A stretch of DNA of 17,857 nucleotides from the NCBI GenBank assembly GCA_963736855.1, contig CAVTQK010000001.1:1-17857 (forward strand), given 5' to 3'. Both the position numbers and the translations under genes were made by a program. This document shows positions 1-10,325 of this stretch, piece by piece; position 1 is the first letter of the stretch; each line of letters starts with the position of its first letter. The notes beneath the pieces were generated by a model, which was given only the letters and a program-made list of their open reading frames with translations, made no database searches and had not been told where the DNA came from. This DNA comes from an uncultured delta proteobacterium (lineage in GTDB: Bacteria; Desulfobacterota; Desulfobacteria; Desulfobacterales; UBA2156).

Positions 1-2
1 TG

Positions 3-809
3 CCCGCTGTCCCCCACATTGTCGGCTATGATGCCGCCGGCGTGATCAGCCAGGTAGGACCAAAAGTCACCAATCGCCAGGTCGGACAGAGGGTAACCAC
101 CTTGAGTCCCTTCGGCTCCCATGCCGAAAAACGGGCCGTGGGCGCCATTACCTCCTGGCTTATTCCGGATAAGGTATCCTTTGAAGAAGCGGCCTGTGTG
201 CCGGTGACCTTTGGCACGGCCCATGAATGTCTGTTCGAGTTCGGCCATTTGCAGGCCGGGGAGACCGTACTCATTCAGGCCGGGGCCAGCGGTGTGGGGT
301 TGGCGGCCATTCAGTTGGCCAAGCGGGCCGGGGCCAGGGTGCTGGCCACCGCTTCCAGCAACGAGCGCCTGGAACGATTGAAAGAATACGGTCTGGATGA
401 AGGGATCAATTACGCGGAAAAGGACCTGGCTGCCGAGGCCAGGCGGTTGACCAATAACCAGGGGGTGGATCTGGTAGTTGACGGAATCGGCGGAGAGGTG
501 CTTCAGAAAAGCATTGAAGCCGCCCGGCACCGGGGCCGCGTTATTACTTTCGGCCAGGCAGGACGAGGTTTCAGGAGGGTTGACGTCGGCGGCCTGGCCA
601 TGGGCAACAAAACACTGACCGGAGTTTTTCTGGGGGCGGAGATCGCCACGGAGCGGGTGCAGAAAATAATCAATCAGTTATTGGAGGATATCGCCGCCGG
701 TCATATCAAAGTGCCCATCGCCCGTAAATTTCCCTTATCCCAGGCGGCTGAGGCCCATGCCTATATCGAAAGCCGTCAGGCGGTCGGCCGGGTGTTATTG
801 ATACCGTAA
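3..809 (+). CDS. Zinc-independent MDR oxidoreductase (NADPH:quinone reductase / enoyl reductase-like), 5'-truncated by the window edge
   Basis: Frame is open from base 3 (PAVPHIVGYDAAGVI). Contains EAACVPVTFGTA, the NAD(P)H-binding motif QAGASGVGLAAIQLAK, and C-terminal AAEAHAYIESRQAVGRVLL. No Zn-binding Cys cluster is visible. Confidence 0.9.
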   Translation, partial: PAVPHIVGYDAAGVISQVGPKVTNRQVGQRVTTLSPFGSHAEKRAVGAITSWLIPDKVSFEEAACVPVTFGTAHECLFEFGHLQAGETVLIQAGASGVGLAAIQLAKRAGARVLATASSNERLERLKEYGLDEGINYAEKDLAAEARRLTNNQGVDLVVDGIGGEVLQKSIEAARHRGRVITFGQAGRGFRRVDVGGLAMGNKTLTGVFLGAEIATERVQKIINQLLEDIAAGHIKVPIARKFPLSQAAEAHAYIESRQAVGRVLLIP

Positions 810-833
810 GGACAACCAATGTCCCTTTTATTT
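810..833 (+). terminator. Possible weak intrinsic terminator after the MDR gene
   Basis: GGACA-accaa-TGTCC hairpin immediately after the TAA stop, followed by CTTTTATTT. The stem is only 5 bp. Confidence 0.25.
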
Positions 834-867
834 ATGAATCCATTATTTTTGAAAGGTTTATCTTCTT

Positions 868-3057
868 ATGGTTGAGTTCAAGTATTCCAATGTGGAGCGG
901 GAGATGGAGGTTTACGGCTATGATTCGGTGGTCAGGAGCCATTGCCGTAACTGCCATGGCGGATGCGGGGTCCTGGTCTATGTCAAGGACGGTAAAATCG
1001 CCAGGATAGCCGGCGACCCGGATTGTCCCGTCAGCCACGGGACCCTTTGCAGCAAGGGACTGGCCTCCACCCAGCTCGTCTATCACCCGGACCGGCTTAC
1101 CTATCCGGTGAAACGGAAAGGCCCCAAGGGAAGCGGAAAATGGGAGCGCATCTCCTGGGATGAGGCCCTGGAGACGATTGCCGAGTCGGATCCTGGCCTA
1201 CAAGGAAGAGTTCGGCGCCGAATCGGTCGTCTTCGGATACGGGACCGGCCGGGAAAATGAAGCGGTCATCTACCGGATTGCCAATCTGCTTGGGCTCTCC
1301 CAATGTGCTGACCGCCGGCCATTTCTGCTACGGCCCGCGGATCGCCACCAGCATCCTCACCTGCGGCACCAATCCGATCGTCGATTATGAAAATCATCCC
1401 CAATGTCTCATGATGTGGGGGAACAATGTGGTCATCAGCAACCCGGATTGTTACAAGGGTGAGCCTTTTTCCGTGGCCCTGGATGCGGGCGCGAAATTGA
1501 TCGTCGTCGATCCCCGGCTGACCCGGGCCGCGGCCCGGGCCGACCTCTGGCTCCAGCTCCGTCCGGGGACGGACACGGCCCTGGCCCTGGGTCTGGCCCA
1601 GGTCATCGTTAACGAGGGGCTCTATGACCGGGAATTTGTCGAGAACTATACCCATGGCTGGGAAGAGTTCGTAAGACGGGTCAATGAATATCCCCTGGAA
1701 AAGGTGGAACGGATCACCTGGATTCCCCGAGAAAAGATCGAACAAGCGGCCCGCCTCTTTGCCGAGACCAAACCGGCGGCCATTCAGTGGGGAGTGGCCA
1801 TCGAACAGCAGAATACCTGCGCCGACAACGACCGGATCCTCATGTGTCTCATGGGGATCACCGGAAACATCGATCGTGCCCGGCGGCCAGGTGCTCTTCA
1901 AGACGCCGCCTATTCATAATGTGGGCAAATTCGGGGCCCATGGGATGCTGCCGCCGGAGCAGGCCGGCAAAACGGCTGGGGGGGGACCGTTTCCGGTCTG
2001 GCCGGCCGATTTGCCATCATCCAGCCCAAGGCGGTCTGGGATGCCATTCTCGACCGAAAAGCCCTATCCGGTCAAGATGCTCTTTTTCATCAGCTCGAAT
2101 CCGCTTATGACCCGGGCCAACGCCCGCGAGGTCTACCGGGCCCTGGAGAAGGTGGACTTCATGGCCGTGTCCGATTTCTTTTTGACCCCGACGGCGGAAT
2201 TGGCCGACATCGTGCTGCCGGCCGCCACCTGGCTGGAGATGGACTACATCGGTGATTTCTGGAAACGTCACGGCCGCCTCCTGCCGCGCCGCAAGGTGGT
2301 CCAGATCGGGGAGTGTCGCTCGGACCATGAGATGCTCAACGACCTGGCTCATCGCCTCGGCCAGGGAGAGTTCTGGTGGGACACCTTCGAGGGCGGTCTC
2401 GACTATATCCTGAAACCCATGGGCATCACCTGGCAGGAATTTAAAAAAATGGACTGCATCCGGGGCGAGGTCAAATACGAGAAATATAAGGAAACGGGGT
2501 TCTCCACGCCTACCCGGAAGTTCGAGCTCTACTGCACCACCCTGGAAAAGATGGGCTATGATCCTTTGCCGCAGTTCCGGGAACCGCCGGAAAGCCCGGT
2601 CAGCACACCGCAACTCTATCAGGAATATCCCTATATCCTGATCACCGGCGCCAGGCAGCCGGGATTTTTTCACACCGAAAACCGTCAGGTGCCCTGGCTC
2701 AGGGAGCTCCACCCGGACCCGATGGTCGAAATCCATCCGGATACGGCCGCCAGAGAAGGCATTCAAGAAGGGGACTGGGTGATCATCGAATCCCGGCGGG
2801 GTAAAGTCAGGCAGCGGGCCAAACTTTTTGCCGGTATGGACCCGCGGATAGTGGCCGCCCAGCATGCCTGGTGGTTTCCGGAAAAAAAAGATCCGGGCCA
2901 TGGCTGGGATGAATCGAATATCAATATCCTGACCGACAATGCCTATGAAACCATGGACCCGGCCATGGGGGCCACCAGCATCAGGACGCTGTTGTGCAAG
3001 ATCTATCCGGAGGAGGAAAGATTAAAAGGTAACGGACATCCAGCCGCGACGAGATGA
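868..3057 (+). CDS. Mo/W-bisPGD (DMSO reductase family) catalytic subunit, acetylene-hydratase-like clade; reconstructed across apparent frameshifts at about 1186, 1294, 1877 and several in 1965-2060
   Basis: N-terminal [4Fe-4S] motif CRNCHGGC...GTLCSKG, DRLTYPVKR...WERISWDEAL, GTGR, LLGSPNVLTAGHFCYG (candidate metal-ligating Cys), LIVVDPR...LRPGTD, SDFFLTPTAELADIVLPAA, and a C-terminal binding domain (YPYILITGAR...EIHPDTA). No twin-arginine signal. Confidence 0.9.
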
Positions 3058-3160
3058 AAATTATTGATAGCTCGATTTCGGAATAGTGTCCGATATTCGA
3101 CAGTTCGATCGCATTCGCGAATGTGAAAGTGATCATAGACCTGCAAAAGGTGATTTACTC

Positions 3161-3681
3161 ATGAAAAATATATGCTGGTCGATTGATGAAAAAGCCTGCT
3201 GGGGCTGCAAAACCTGCGAGGTGGCCTGCAAGCAGGAAAATCAGGCCCCGGAGGGAATCAAATATATTTCTGTTTCCGAAGACGGTCCGAAGATGGTCGA
3301 GGGGAAGCTCGATTTTGTTTACCGGGTCAATCTCTGCCGCCACTGCGATATGCCCTGAATGTCTTGAGGCCTGTCCGGTTGAAGCGATCACCAAGCGGGA
3401 CGACGGTCTCGTTATTCTGGATGAAGAGGCCTGCACCGGCTGCGCCGCCTGTGTCGAGGCCTGCCCCTATCAGGCGATTGTCTTTGATCGAACAGGCCGG
3501 CAAGGCCCGCAAATGCAATCTCTGTCATCACCGGGTGGACCAGGGGCTTATCCCGGCCTGTGCGGATAATGTCTGTCTGGCCCACTGCATCTACTTCGGT
3601 CAACCCGACCGGATGGAGCAGATGATAGCCGAAAAACCCTGGTTGAAGGAGAGACTGGCACAAATAAGATCGCTGCGATGA
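3161..3681 (+). CDS. DmsB/NrfC-type Fe-S electron-transfer subunit with four [4Fe-4S] motifs; frameshifts at about 3355 and 3493
   Basis: AAGGTG RBS then ATG at 3161. Motifs CWGCKTCEVAC, CRHCDMPECLEACP, CTGCAACVEACP and KCNLC...PACADNVC are spread over three frames. Directly follows the Mo enzyme gene. Confidence 0.88.
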
Positions 3682-3744
3682 TTGAGGTTTCACTTGTAAA
3701 AGCCCTGGAACCTCGACGAGTGCTCATCAGTAAGGAGAAAGCGG

Positions 3745-5334
3745 ATGGCAGATATTTTTATTCACATCGGTGAAATGCTGGCCCGGAACGGCCGGATGTA
3801 TCCGGACGAGATGGCCCTGGTGGAACGGGATCCCGGGGAAAACGGCGGTTGAGATCACCTGGAAGGAGTTTGACCGGAAGGCTGACCGTATGGCCAATTT
3901 TCTTCGGGAAAGAGGCATCGGAAAAGGGGACAAGGTCATGCACCTGATGCACAACTCGATCGACTGGCTGGTCGCCTACTTCGGCATTGTCCGCACCGGC
4001 GCCTGGGTGGTCCCGCTCAACTTTCGGTTTACCAGCGAAGACATCCAATACTGCATCGACGTGGCCGAACCCCGGATAGTCCTGTTTCGGTGAGGAATTT
4101 ACCGAAAGAATAGATCCGATCAGGGATGGGCTTTCTACGGTGGAGACCTTTCTCTGCGCCGGTGAACATATCCCCGGCCTATGCCGAATCCTTCTCCCGA
4201 AGTCCTTGCGGAATTCTCCGGATAGACCCTTTCCCCGTGGATATAGCGACCGGATGACCCCTGCGGACTTTATTTTACTTCCGGCACGACCGGCCAACCG
4301 AAGCCGATTCTCCTGACCCACAAGAACATGGCCAATGCCTGCTATCACTGAAAAGATGCACCACGGCCAGACACAAAGACGACAGTTTCATTCTCATCCC
4401 GCCCCTCTACCACACCGGCGCCAAGATGCACTGGTTCGGGAGTCTGATTGTCGGCGGACCGGCGGTAATCCTGAAAGGGTTCTCGCCCCAGTGGATCCTC
4501 GAGGCCGTGAGCGAAGAAAAAGGCACCATCGTCTGGCTCCTGGTTCCCTGGGCCCAGGACCTGCTGGTCAAACTGGACAGCGGGGAACTGAAACTGGAAG
4601 ACTACACCTCTCCCCGTGGCGTCTCATGCACATCGGGGCCATGCCCATTCCGCCCTCTCTTATCCGGCACTGGAGACGAATATTTCCCCGAGATGGCCTA
4701 CGACACCACCTATGGTCTGAGTGAGTGCACCGGGCCCAATTGCGTCCATCTCGGGCTTGGAAAACACCCATAAGGTGGGGGCCATCGGGAAGCCCGGTTT
4801 CAACTGGGAAGACCCGGATCGTCGATGAGCAGGGAAAAATGTTCCCAGGGGGAACCGGGGGAACTGCCCGTCCGGGGGACGGGGTGATGCGGGAGTACTA
4901 CAAGAATCCCGAGGCAACTGCCAAGGCCTTGAAGGAAGGATGGCTCTACAGCGGAGATATCGTTAGAGCAGGATGAAGACGGCTTCATCTATATCGTGGA
5001 CCGGAAAAAGGATGTCATCATAACCGGCGGCGAGAATGTCTTTCCCGTGGAGGTGGAGAATTTTTTCCACACCCACCCGGCCGTTAAGGATGTGGCGGCT
5101 ATCGGATATCCGGATGAGCGGTTGGGGGAAATCGTCGCCGTGACCATCGATCTGAAACCGGATAAGGACCTGACCGAAGACGAAGCCCTTAAGTTCTCCG
5201 AAACGTTGCCGCGTTACAAGCGGCCCCGGAAGATATTTTTCGGTCCGGTCCCCAGAAGCCCTACCGGAAAGATCGAGAAACCGAAGCTGAGAAAGAAATA
5301 CTTCGGCCGGGAAGAGGCGGTTAATCCTTTCTAA
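3745..5334 (+). CDS. AMP-forming acyl-CoA synthetase / class I adenylate-forming ligase; many apparent frameshifts
   Basis: AAGGAG RBS, ATG at 3745 (MADIFIHIGEMLARNGRMYPD). Motifs GAWVVPLNFR, P-loop YFTSGTTGQPK (about 4270-4302), PPLYHTG, TYGLSE, GWLYSGD, DRKKDVIITGGENVFPVEVE, PRSPTGKIEK. Stop TAA ends at 5334. Confidence 0.9.
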
Positions 5335-5394
5335 GATCAGATGTGCTGCTTATCCTTTGGGAAAACCTTAAACGGATAGGCATACAAAGTTATT

Positions 5395-5411
5395 ATTATG
5401 CATATGAATAA
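5395..5411. promoter_or_regulatory. Near-palindromic putative operator TTATGCATATGAATAA
   Basis: Imperfect palindrome centred on CATATG in an AT-rich intergenic region. Bases 5395-5407 (ATTATGCATATGA) are the exact reverse complement of 16489-16501. Confidence 0.4.
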
Positions 5412-5419
5412 GGAGAACG

Positions 5420-5515
5420 ATGATGAGAACAACCCCGGATTTACCTAAACATTTAATTGATGGGGCCATTAAGGTGACGCAGGGTGTCCCTGGACTATTA
5501 GACTTCTTTCTTTAA
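5420..5515 (+). CDS. Putative 31-aa small ORF or gene remnant (MMRTTPDLPKHLIDGAIKVTQGVPGLLDFFL)
   Basis: AAGGAG Shine-Dalgarno just upstream of ATGATG at 5420, open to TAA at 5513-5515, preceded by a TATTAT -10-like element. No recognisable homology. Confidence 0.25.
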   Translation: MMRTTPDLPKHLIDGAIKVTQGVPGLLDFFL

Positions 5516-5539
5516 TCGCATCCTAATTCTTCGATTACT

Positions 5540-6716
5540 TTATGACTGCCTGACCGTCGATGATCCCGGAGGGAAGGTAAAGATCAGCGGAAGGGTCAAC
5601 AAGGGCAGCAATGAAACGCCTATCAGGACACTGTGGATAGAGTAAAGGTCTGCCAATTTGCCGACTATCGGTGATACGGCGCCGCCTAATCCAAAGGCAA
5701 ATCCCATCATCAGGCTGGCCACCATGGACCTGCCCTTGGGCGCCAGAATTTGGGCCATGGCGACGCCCAGGGGCATGGTGGCCAATACCATGGCGCCGGC
5801 CATAATGGCTCCGATATAGACCCAACCGCCCTGGAGCCTTAAAAATAAAAGAAGCACAGGGGCCATAAGGGCATGAGTGAAGATGAAAACCGGTTTGAAC
5901 CCTATACGGTCGGATATATGTCCGGCGATCAGACCGCTTATCGTTCCGGACACGGTAAACAGGGAAAAAATGCCACCGGCCGACAAATCGAAAAGCCTTT
6001 TTCCACGTAGAGGACGGGCATGAAGGTCAAAAAGGATTGCCCGATAATCGCCCTCAAAACCATGACCACCCAGATGCAGGCAACGGTTTTCCAAACGCTT
6101 CCCAGGCTCTCTTTGACAGCCCCCAAAAAACCCAACCGGCGTAACCCCTCACTTTGCGGAACCGGCACAACCCGATATAAGTACCAGGCCACCAGAATTC
6201 CGAAAGCCATGGTGAAAGGCAGGACCTTCAGACCGAATCGGCCGGCATACCAGGTGATGAATAATGGACCGAGTCCGAAGGCCAGGGTCCCCCCGGTATT
6301 AAATACGGACATGGCAAATCCGGTTTTATTCCCGGAGTAGACCGGGACCAACCCGGTTACCGAGGGATGAAACATAGAGGAACCTATGGATCCTAAGGCC
6401 AACAACCGTCAGCAGCGTCCAGAATCCGGTGGTGATACCGGAAAGGGGAATAAAGACGACGGGCATGAGTACTCCCAATAGCATAAAATGGCGGGTGGCA
6501 TAGCGGTCGGCCAGGTATCCCACCGAAGGCTGGATGATGAAGGCCAACAAGACGGATGATCCCTGAGATGATTCCAACCTGAACCAGGGATAATCCCATC
6601 TTTTGGACAAAGAGGGGAAACAGGGGGCTGGTGAAGGAGCTATAAAAATCACCTGTAAAATGAACCAGGGTTAGGGCAAAAAGTATTTTTATGTTGGCTT
6701 TGGTTGTTTCAGTCAT
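5540..6716 (-). CDS. MFS transporter (Fsr/fosmidomycin-resistance-like); frameshifts at about 6553, 6400 and 5990
   Basis: N-terminus ALTLVHFTGDFYSSF, motif A QPSVGYLADR, GIGSSMFHP, AMSVFNTGGTLAFGLGP, second motif A GHISDRIGFK, C-terminal GKLADLYS. Many hydrophobic segments. Confidence 0.88.
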
Positions 6717-6723
6717 ATTTTTT

Positions 6724-7224
6724 CTAATTAGTCGTCCATCCGGTCTTCTTCAGATTCGCATTTTTCTTGGGAACGAGCCCACTCGCGGTTCCCACCATCA
6801 CCTTTTCCCCATCCTGGTTCTCGCACCAGACATCCAGCATCAATCTGACCCTTTCACCCTCGACTGCCTTCTCCCGGACTGTGCCCTTGACGGTCAGCAG
6901 GTCATCCGGCCAGGCTGACCGGATAATAGCCAGGGAAAGGGTGCCGCCAAGATAGCCGGGGCCGAAGAATTTAACCAACAGCTCCCCGAAATACTCCATG
7001 ATCTGGCTGGCAAAGACCAGGGGCTGATCGACCCCCCATTTTTGGGCTATGGTGTAGTCATTATGCCAATTCCTGATTCGCGGCCACTGGCTCCGGTACA
7101 GGCGCATCTTGTCCAGGGTTACCTTTTTGATGATAGGTTCCAGTTGATAGCCGACTTCGATATCCCGGCCGGCGGTGATTTTCATCGGCTTGAAGGCCGT
7201 GGGGTCGGTCTGAATGGTATCCAT
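6724..7224 (-). CDS. MaoC-like hotdog-fold protein (R-specific enoyl-CoA hydratase family), 166 aa
   Basis: DIEVGYQLEP, NWHNDYTIAQKWG...PLV, and AWPDDLLTVKGTVREK...LDVWCENQDGEKVMVGTA are typical of MaoC-type subunits. Confidence 0.8.
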   Translation of the reverse strand: MDTIQTDPTAFKPMKITAGRDIEVGYQLEPIIKKVTLDKMRLYRSQWPRIRNWHNDYTIAQKWGVDQPLVFASQIMEYFGELLVKFFGPGYLGGTLSLAIIRSAWPDDLLTVKGTVREKAVEGERVRLMLDVWCENQDGEKVMVGTASGLVPKKNANLKKTGWTTN

Positions 7225-7292
7225 CTTTTTACCTTCATTGAGGATTCTTTCTCATCCAGTCATTGCGGCGAGTTGACCGTCTACGCCTCACC

Positions 7293-7784
7293 TTAAGGGC
7301 TCGGGACCGAGCATGAAAAAGGGTTTTCGACTTTAATCTCTTTTCGCACTAAAGGAAAGGCCTGGGACATTCTCATCCGGACGATTTCCCGGCCGTCTTC
7401 GTCTATGACCAGGAATTCAAAGGTAATATGATCTCTGCCCCGCTTGTGTATTTTATCTGTAATCCGGCCGGTTATCCTGATCCGTTTTCCGACCTTAAGG
7501 GCGTTGATGAATTCGAACTCCTGCTTGGCCCAGAGCCCGTAGCCCTTGGGAAGGGCAAAATAATTCCAAAGCATGATATCGGTGTCATAGGCCAGAAAGG
7601 TCGGTGAGATAATGCGGCCGCCGAAGGGTGAATTTTCCAGATACCAGGGATTATAATCATCATTGGCCCAGGCATGCCTTTCGGCCATCTCCTCGGTAAT
7701 AACCATCTCCACCGGCTCCATTTCATGTCCGATTTCAGCATTGAGTAAATCTTGAGTTCCCGTCTGTCGCCGTTGCTCTTCCAT
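7293..7784 (-). CDS. MaoC N-terminal-type (FAS1-like/HadA-like) hotdog dehydratase subunit, 163 aa
   Basis: Start taken at MEEQ (7784). Motifs IGHEMEPVEMVITEE...ANDDYNPWY...SPFGGRIISPTFL, QEFEFINALKVG and KRGRDHITFE...DEDGREI. Confidence 0.8.
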   Translation of the reverse strand: MEEQRRQTGTQDLLNAEIGHEMEPVEMVITEEMAERHAWANDDYNPWYLENSPFGGRIISPTFLAYDTDIMLWNYFALPKGYGLWAKQEFEFINALKVGKRIRITGRITDKIHKRGRDHITFEFLVIDEDGREIVRMRMSQAFPLVRKEIKVENPFSCSVPSP

Positions 7785-7969
7785 TTTCTTCCCCTGCCGT
7801 CGCTTTTCCGGTCCTCTTAGTCCGGTTTTTCCAAAGAATTTATTCATGAGGAAGTTTCGATCCCTGGAGACCCCCCTACCAGGCTGCGGCTTCCGGGCTT
7901 CCAGGGTCCCAGACAATAATCCGAAAGAAGCTATTTCCCATTGCAGTGAACAACCATCTCTCTGTCCCC

Positions 7970-8762
7970 TTAACGGCCCTTGTACTCTCGGCCGTGCGTT
8001 TCTCCAGGAAGGCCTGTAACCCCTCCCGGGCATCCTCACTGGTCATCACCCGCACCAGGAGAGCATCCATCTCCTCTGAATAACGGTCCGCTTCCAGGAG
8101 TGATGCCTTCCTGATTCCCTCCTTCAAAGCACGCACGGCCAGTGGGGCATTGGCAACCAGTTCTTTGGCCAGGGCCATGGTTTCCGCTTCCAGACGGGCT
8201 TGGGGCAGCACTTGGTTGACCAGGCCCATTTCCCGGGCACGGGCGGCGTTAAGGGGCGCCCCCCTTAACAGGATCTCTGCCGCAGCGAACGGTCCGACCA
8301 CCTGCACCAGCTTACGGATGAGCGGAAATGGGACCATCAATCCGCGCTTAACGATTGGCATACCGATATGCGCGGTATCCGCCATGAGACGGAAATCACA
8401 GTGCAGAGCTAACTCACAGCCGCCAGCCAAGGCATCCCCGTTGATCATGGCTATCACCGGATTGGGATACACCTCTACGGCCTGCATAGCCTTGTGAATC
8501 AGCTCATGGTCAAGGGGGAAGCAGGACGGCGTCCCTTAACGTCCTCGAGTATGCTGTTTAGATCCATGCCGGATGAAAATGACCGTTCACCCGCACCGCG
8601 CAATACCACCACGCGAGTACCCTGATCATCGGCAAGGCCTTCCAGCGTCCCTTGGAGACTCCTTAGAAGCTCGTAGGTCAGGGCATTATGTTTGTGCGGC
8701 CGGTTTATGGTCAAGACGGTAATATAATTGCGGGTCGAAACATGCAAATCCTTTTCAGCCAT
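7970..8762 (-). CDS. Crotonase-superfamily enzyme (enoyl-CoA hydratase/isomerase-like); frameshifts at about 8510 and 7987
   Basis: LTINRPHKHNALT, FSSGMDL (first oxyanion-hole segment), PVIAMINGDALAGGCEL, GLVNQV, APLAVRALK, SEDAREGLQAFLEKR. A canonical C-terminus (EYKGR then TAA at 7972-7970) lies in another frame. Confidence 0.88.
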
Positions 8763-8828
8763 AACGAATCCATTCGCTTTTTTATTCAGGTGAAAAAAAT
8801 AATCGGTAACAGATTCAGGGTCAAGGAG

Positions 8829-10281
8829 TTAATAGGATTTATTGATATACTCGTAATAGGTTGTCAAAGCCTTGATAGCCGCAACAGCTCTCTCCGGGCT
8901 GGGGAAAATGGGAATTCCATTGGCGATTAATTTTTTTCTGCATTGGATCGGAAGGGGCGCCATAGGTGTATCCGACTATAGGTTTGCCGCAGGCATTGCG
9001 TATCCGAATAAGAGCTTCGGTTTGGGTTTTGATCATCGTCAGGTTTTGCCGGGTGGATTGTTCTTCTGATAAGCCCATGGCCTCCATTAACAGCGTCGTC
9101 CTGCGCCCTTGAGCCATAAAATACATGAGCAGCAGGTCGGCGTTTTCATCTTCCAAAAGAGTCTGAGGGATGATCGAGAAAAGGTCCGAGTGGTTCCGGG
9201 AAAAGGTCATGTCCACGGGATTGTTGATGCTGGCCGTAGGAGGGAAAAAAGGCTTCAGTTTCTCCCTGGTCGCCTCTGACAGACTCGACAGTTCCAGGCC
9301 GGCCCGTCCTGCGGCGTCGGCTGCATTGGCTCCAGGCCCGCCCGAATTGGTTTGGATGACCAGACGATGTCCTTTCGGCGCCGGCAGGCTTCCCAAGGCC
9401 CAGCAGAAATCAAACAGCTCCGTAAGAGATCCCGCCCTGATCACCCCGCTTTGTTTGAACAGGCCGCTGTATAGATTATCCGGCCCGGACAGGGCGCCGG
9501 TGTGCGAGAACCCGGCCCGTTTGCCCGTTTCCGTGCCGCCGACATAAAGAGCGACAATGGGTTTTTGGGGGACAATGGACCTGGCCGTTTCAATGAAGGC
9601 CCTGCCTCGCCGGATGCCTTCGATATAAAGGGCGATCACTTTGGTCTTTTTACAAGCACCAAAATAATTCAGGCAATCGACGATGTCGATGTTGGCTTCA
9701 TTGCCGACGCTGAAGGCCGAGCTGAATCCCAGCCCCATGGTGCCCAGATAATCAAACATCTGGGTGACAAAACTACCGCTTTGAGAGGCCATGCCGATAA
9801 ATCCCGGTTGGGCGTCATAGGTAAAGGGCGTCGGGTTGAGCTTGAGATGGGGGTTGACAACGCCGATGCAGTTCGGTCCAATAAACCGGATGCCGTAATG
9901 ATCGGCGGTTCTTTTCAGCTCTTCTTCCAATCCGGCGCCTTCCTCGCCGACTTCTCTAAACCCGCCGGAAACGACCACCGCACTCTTGATGCCTTTTTGG
10001 CCGCATTCATCCATGGCCTGACAGACAATGCGGGTGGGCAGGACGATTATGGCCAGATCAGGAATTTCGGGAAGATCCATCACGCTTTGATAGGCCCGGT
10101 ATCCCTGGACTTCCGTTTCCTTGGGATGAATGGGATAAACCAGTCCTTCATAACCCAGTTCCTTCATGGACATGAACTGGATGGTTCCCATGGTCGTGTA
10201 ATTGTTCGACGCCCCGAAAAAAGCGATGCTTTTTGGATTGGCGATAGAAAATAGCGGACTCTCTTCAATAAAATTTATCAT
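8829..10281 (-). CDS. ADP-forming acyl-CoA synthetase (acetate--CoA ligase family) alpha-type subunit; C-terminal frameshift in the T7 run at 8931-8937
   Basis: NPKSIAFFGASN, PDLAIIVLP, SGGFRE, GPNCIG, SQSGS, SVGNEA, LYIEG, phospho-His motif SHTGAL, TNSGGPG, NNPVDM. Removing one base restores GIPIFPSPERAVAAI...SY-stop. The start codon is uncertain (10281 chosen). Confidence 0.88.
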
Positions 10282-10325
10282 GGTACAATTCTCTGAAACA
10301 TCTACCTCCCTCAAGAAATAGGCCA

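Noticed and set aside
868..3057. Calling the Mo/W enzyme acetylene hydratase, formate dehydrogenase or DMSO reductase
   Set aside because: It has His in place of the acetylene hydratase catalytic Asp, lacks the FDH C/U-H motif (here CY), and has no Tat signal or anchor subunit.
3356..3358. TGA after CRHCDMP in the Fe-S subunit as a possible selenocysteine codon
   Set aside because: The protein continues in a different frame (CCT GAA TGT = PEC), so this is an extra C and not readthrough.
7785..8039. 85-residue N-terminal extension of the hotdog ORF 7293-8039
   Set aside because: It overlaps the crotonase 3' end and intergenic DNA and reads as non-protein-like. Family similarity begins after Met at 7784.
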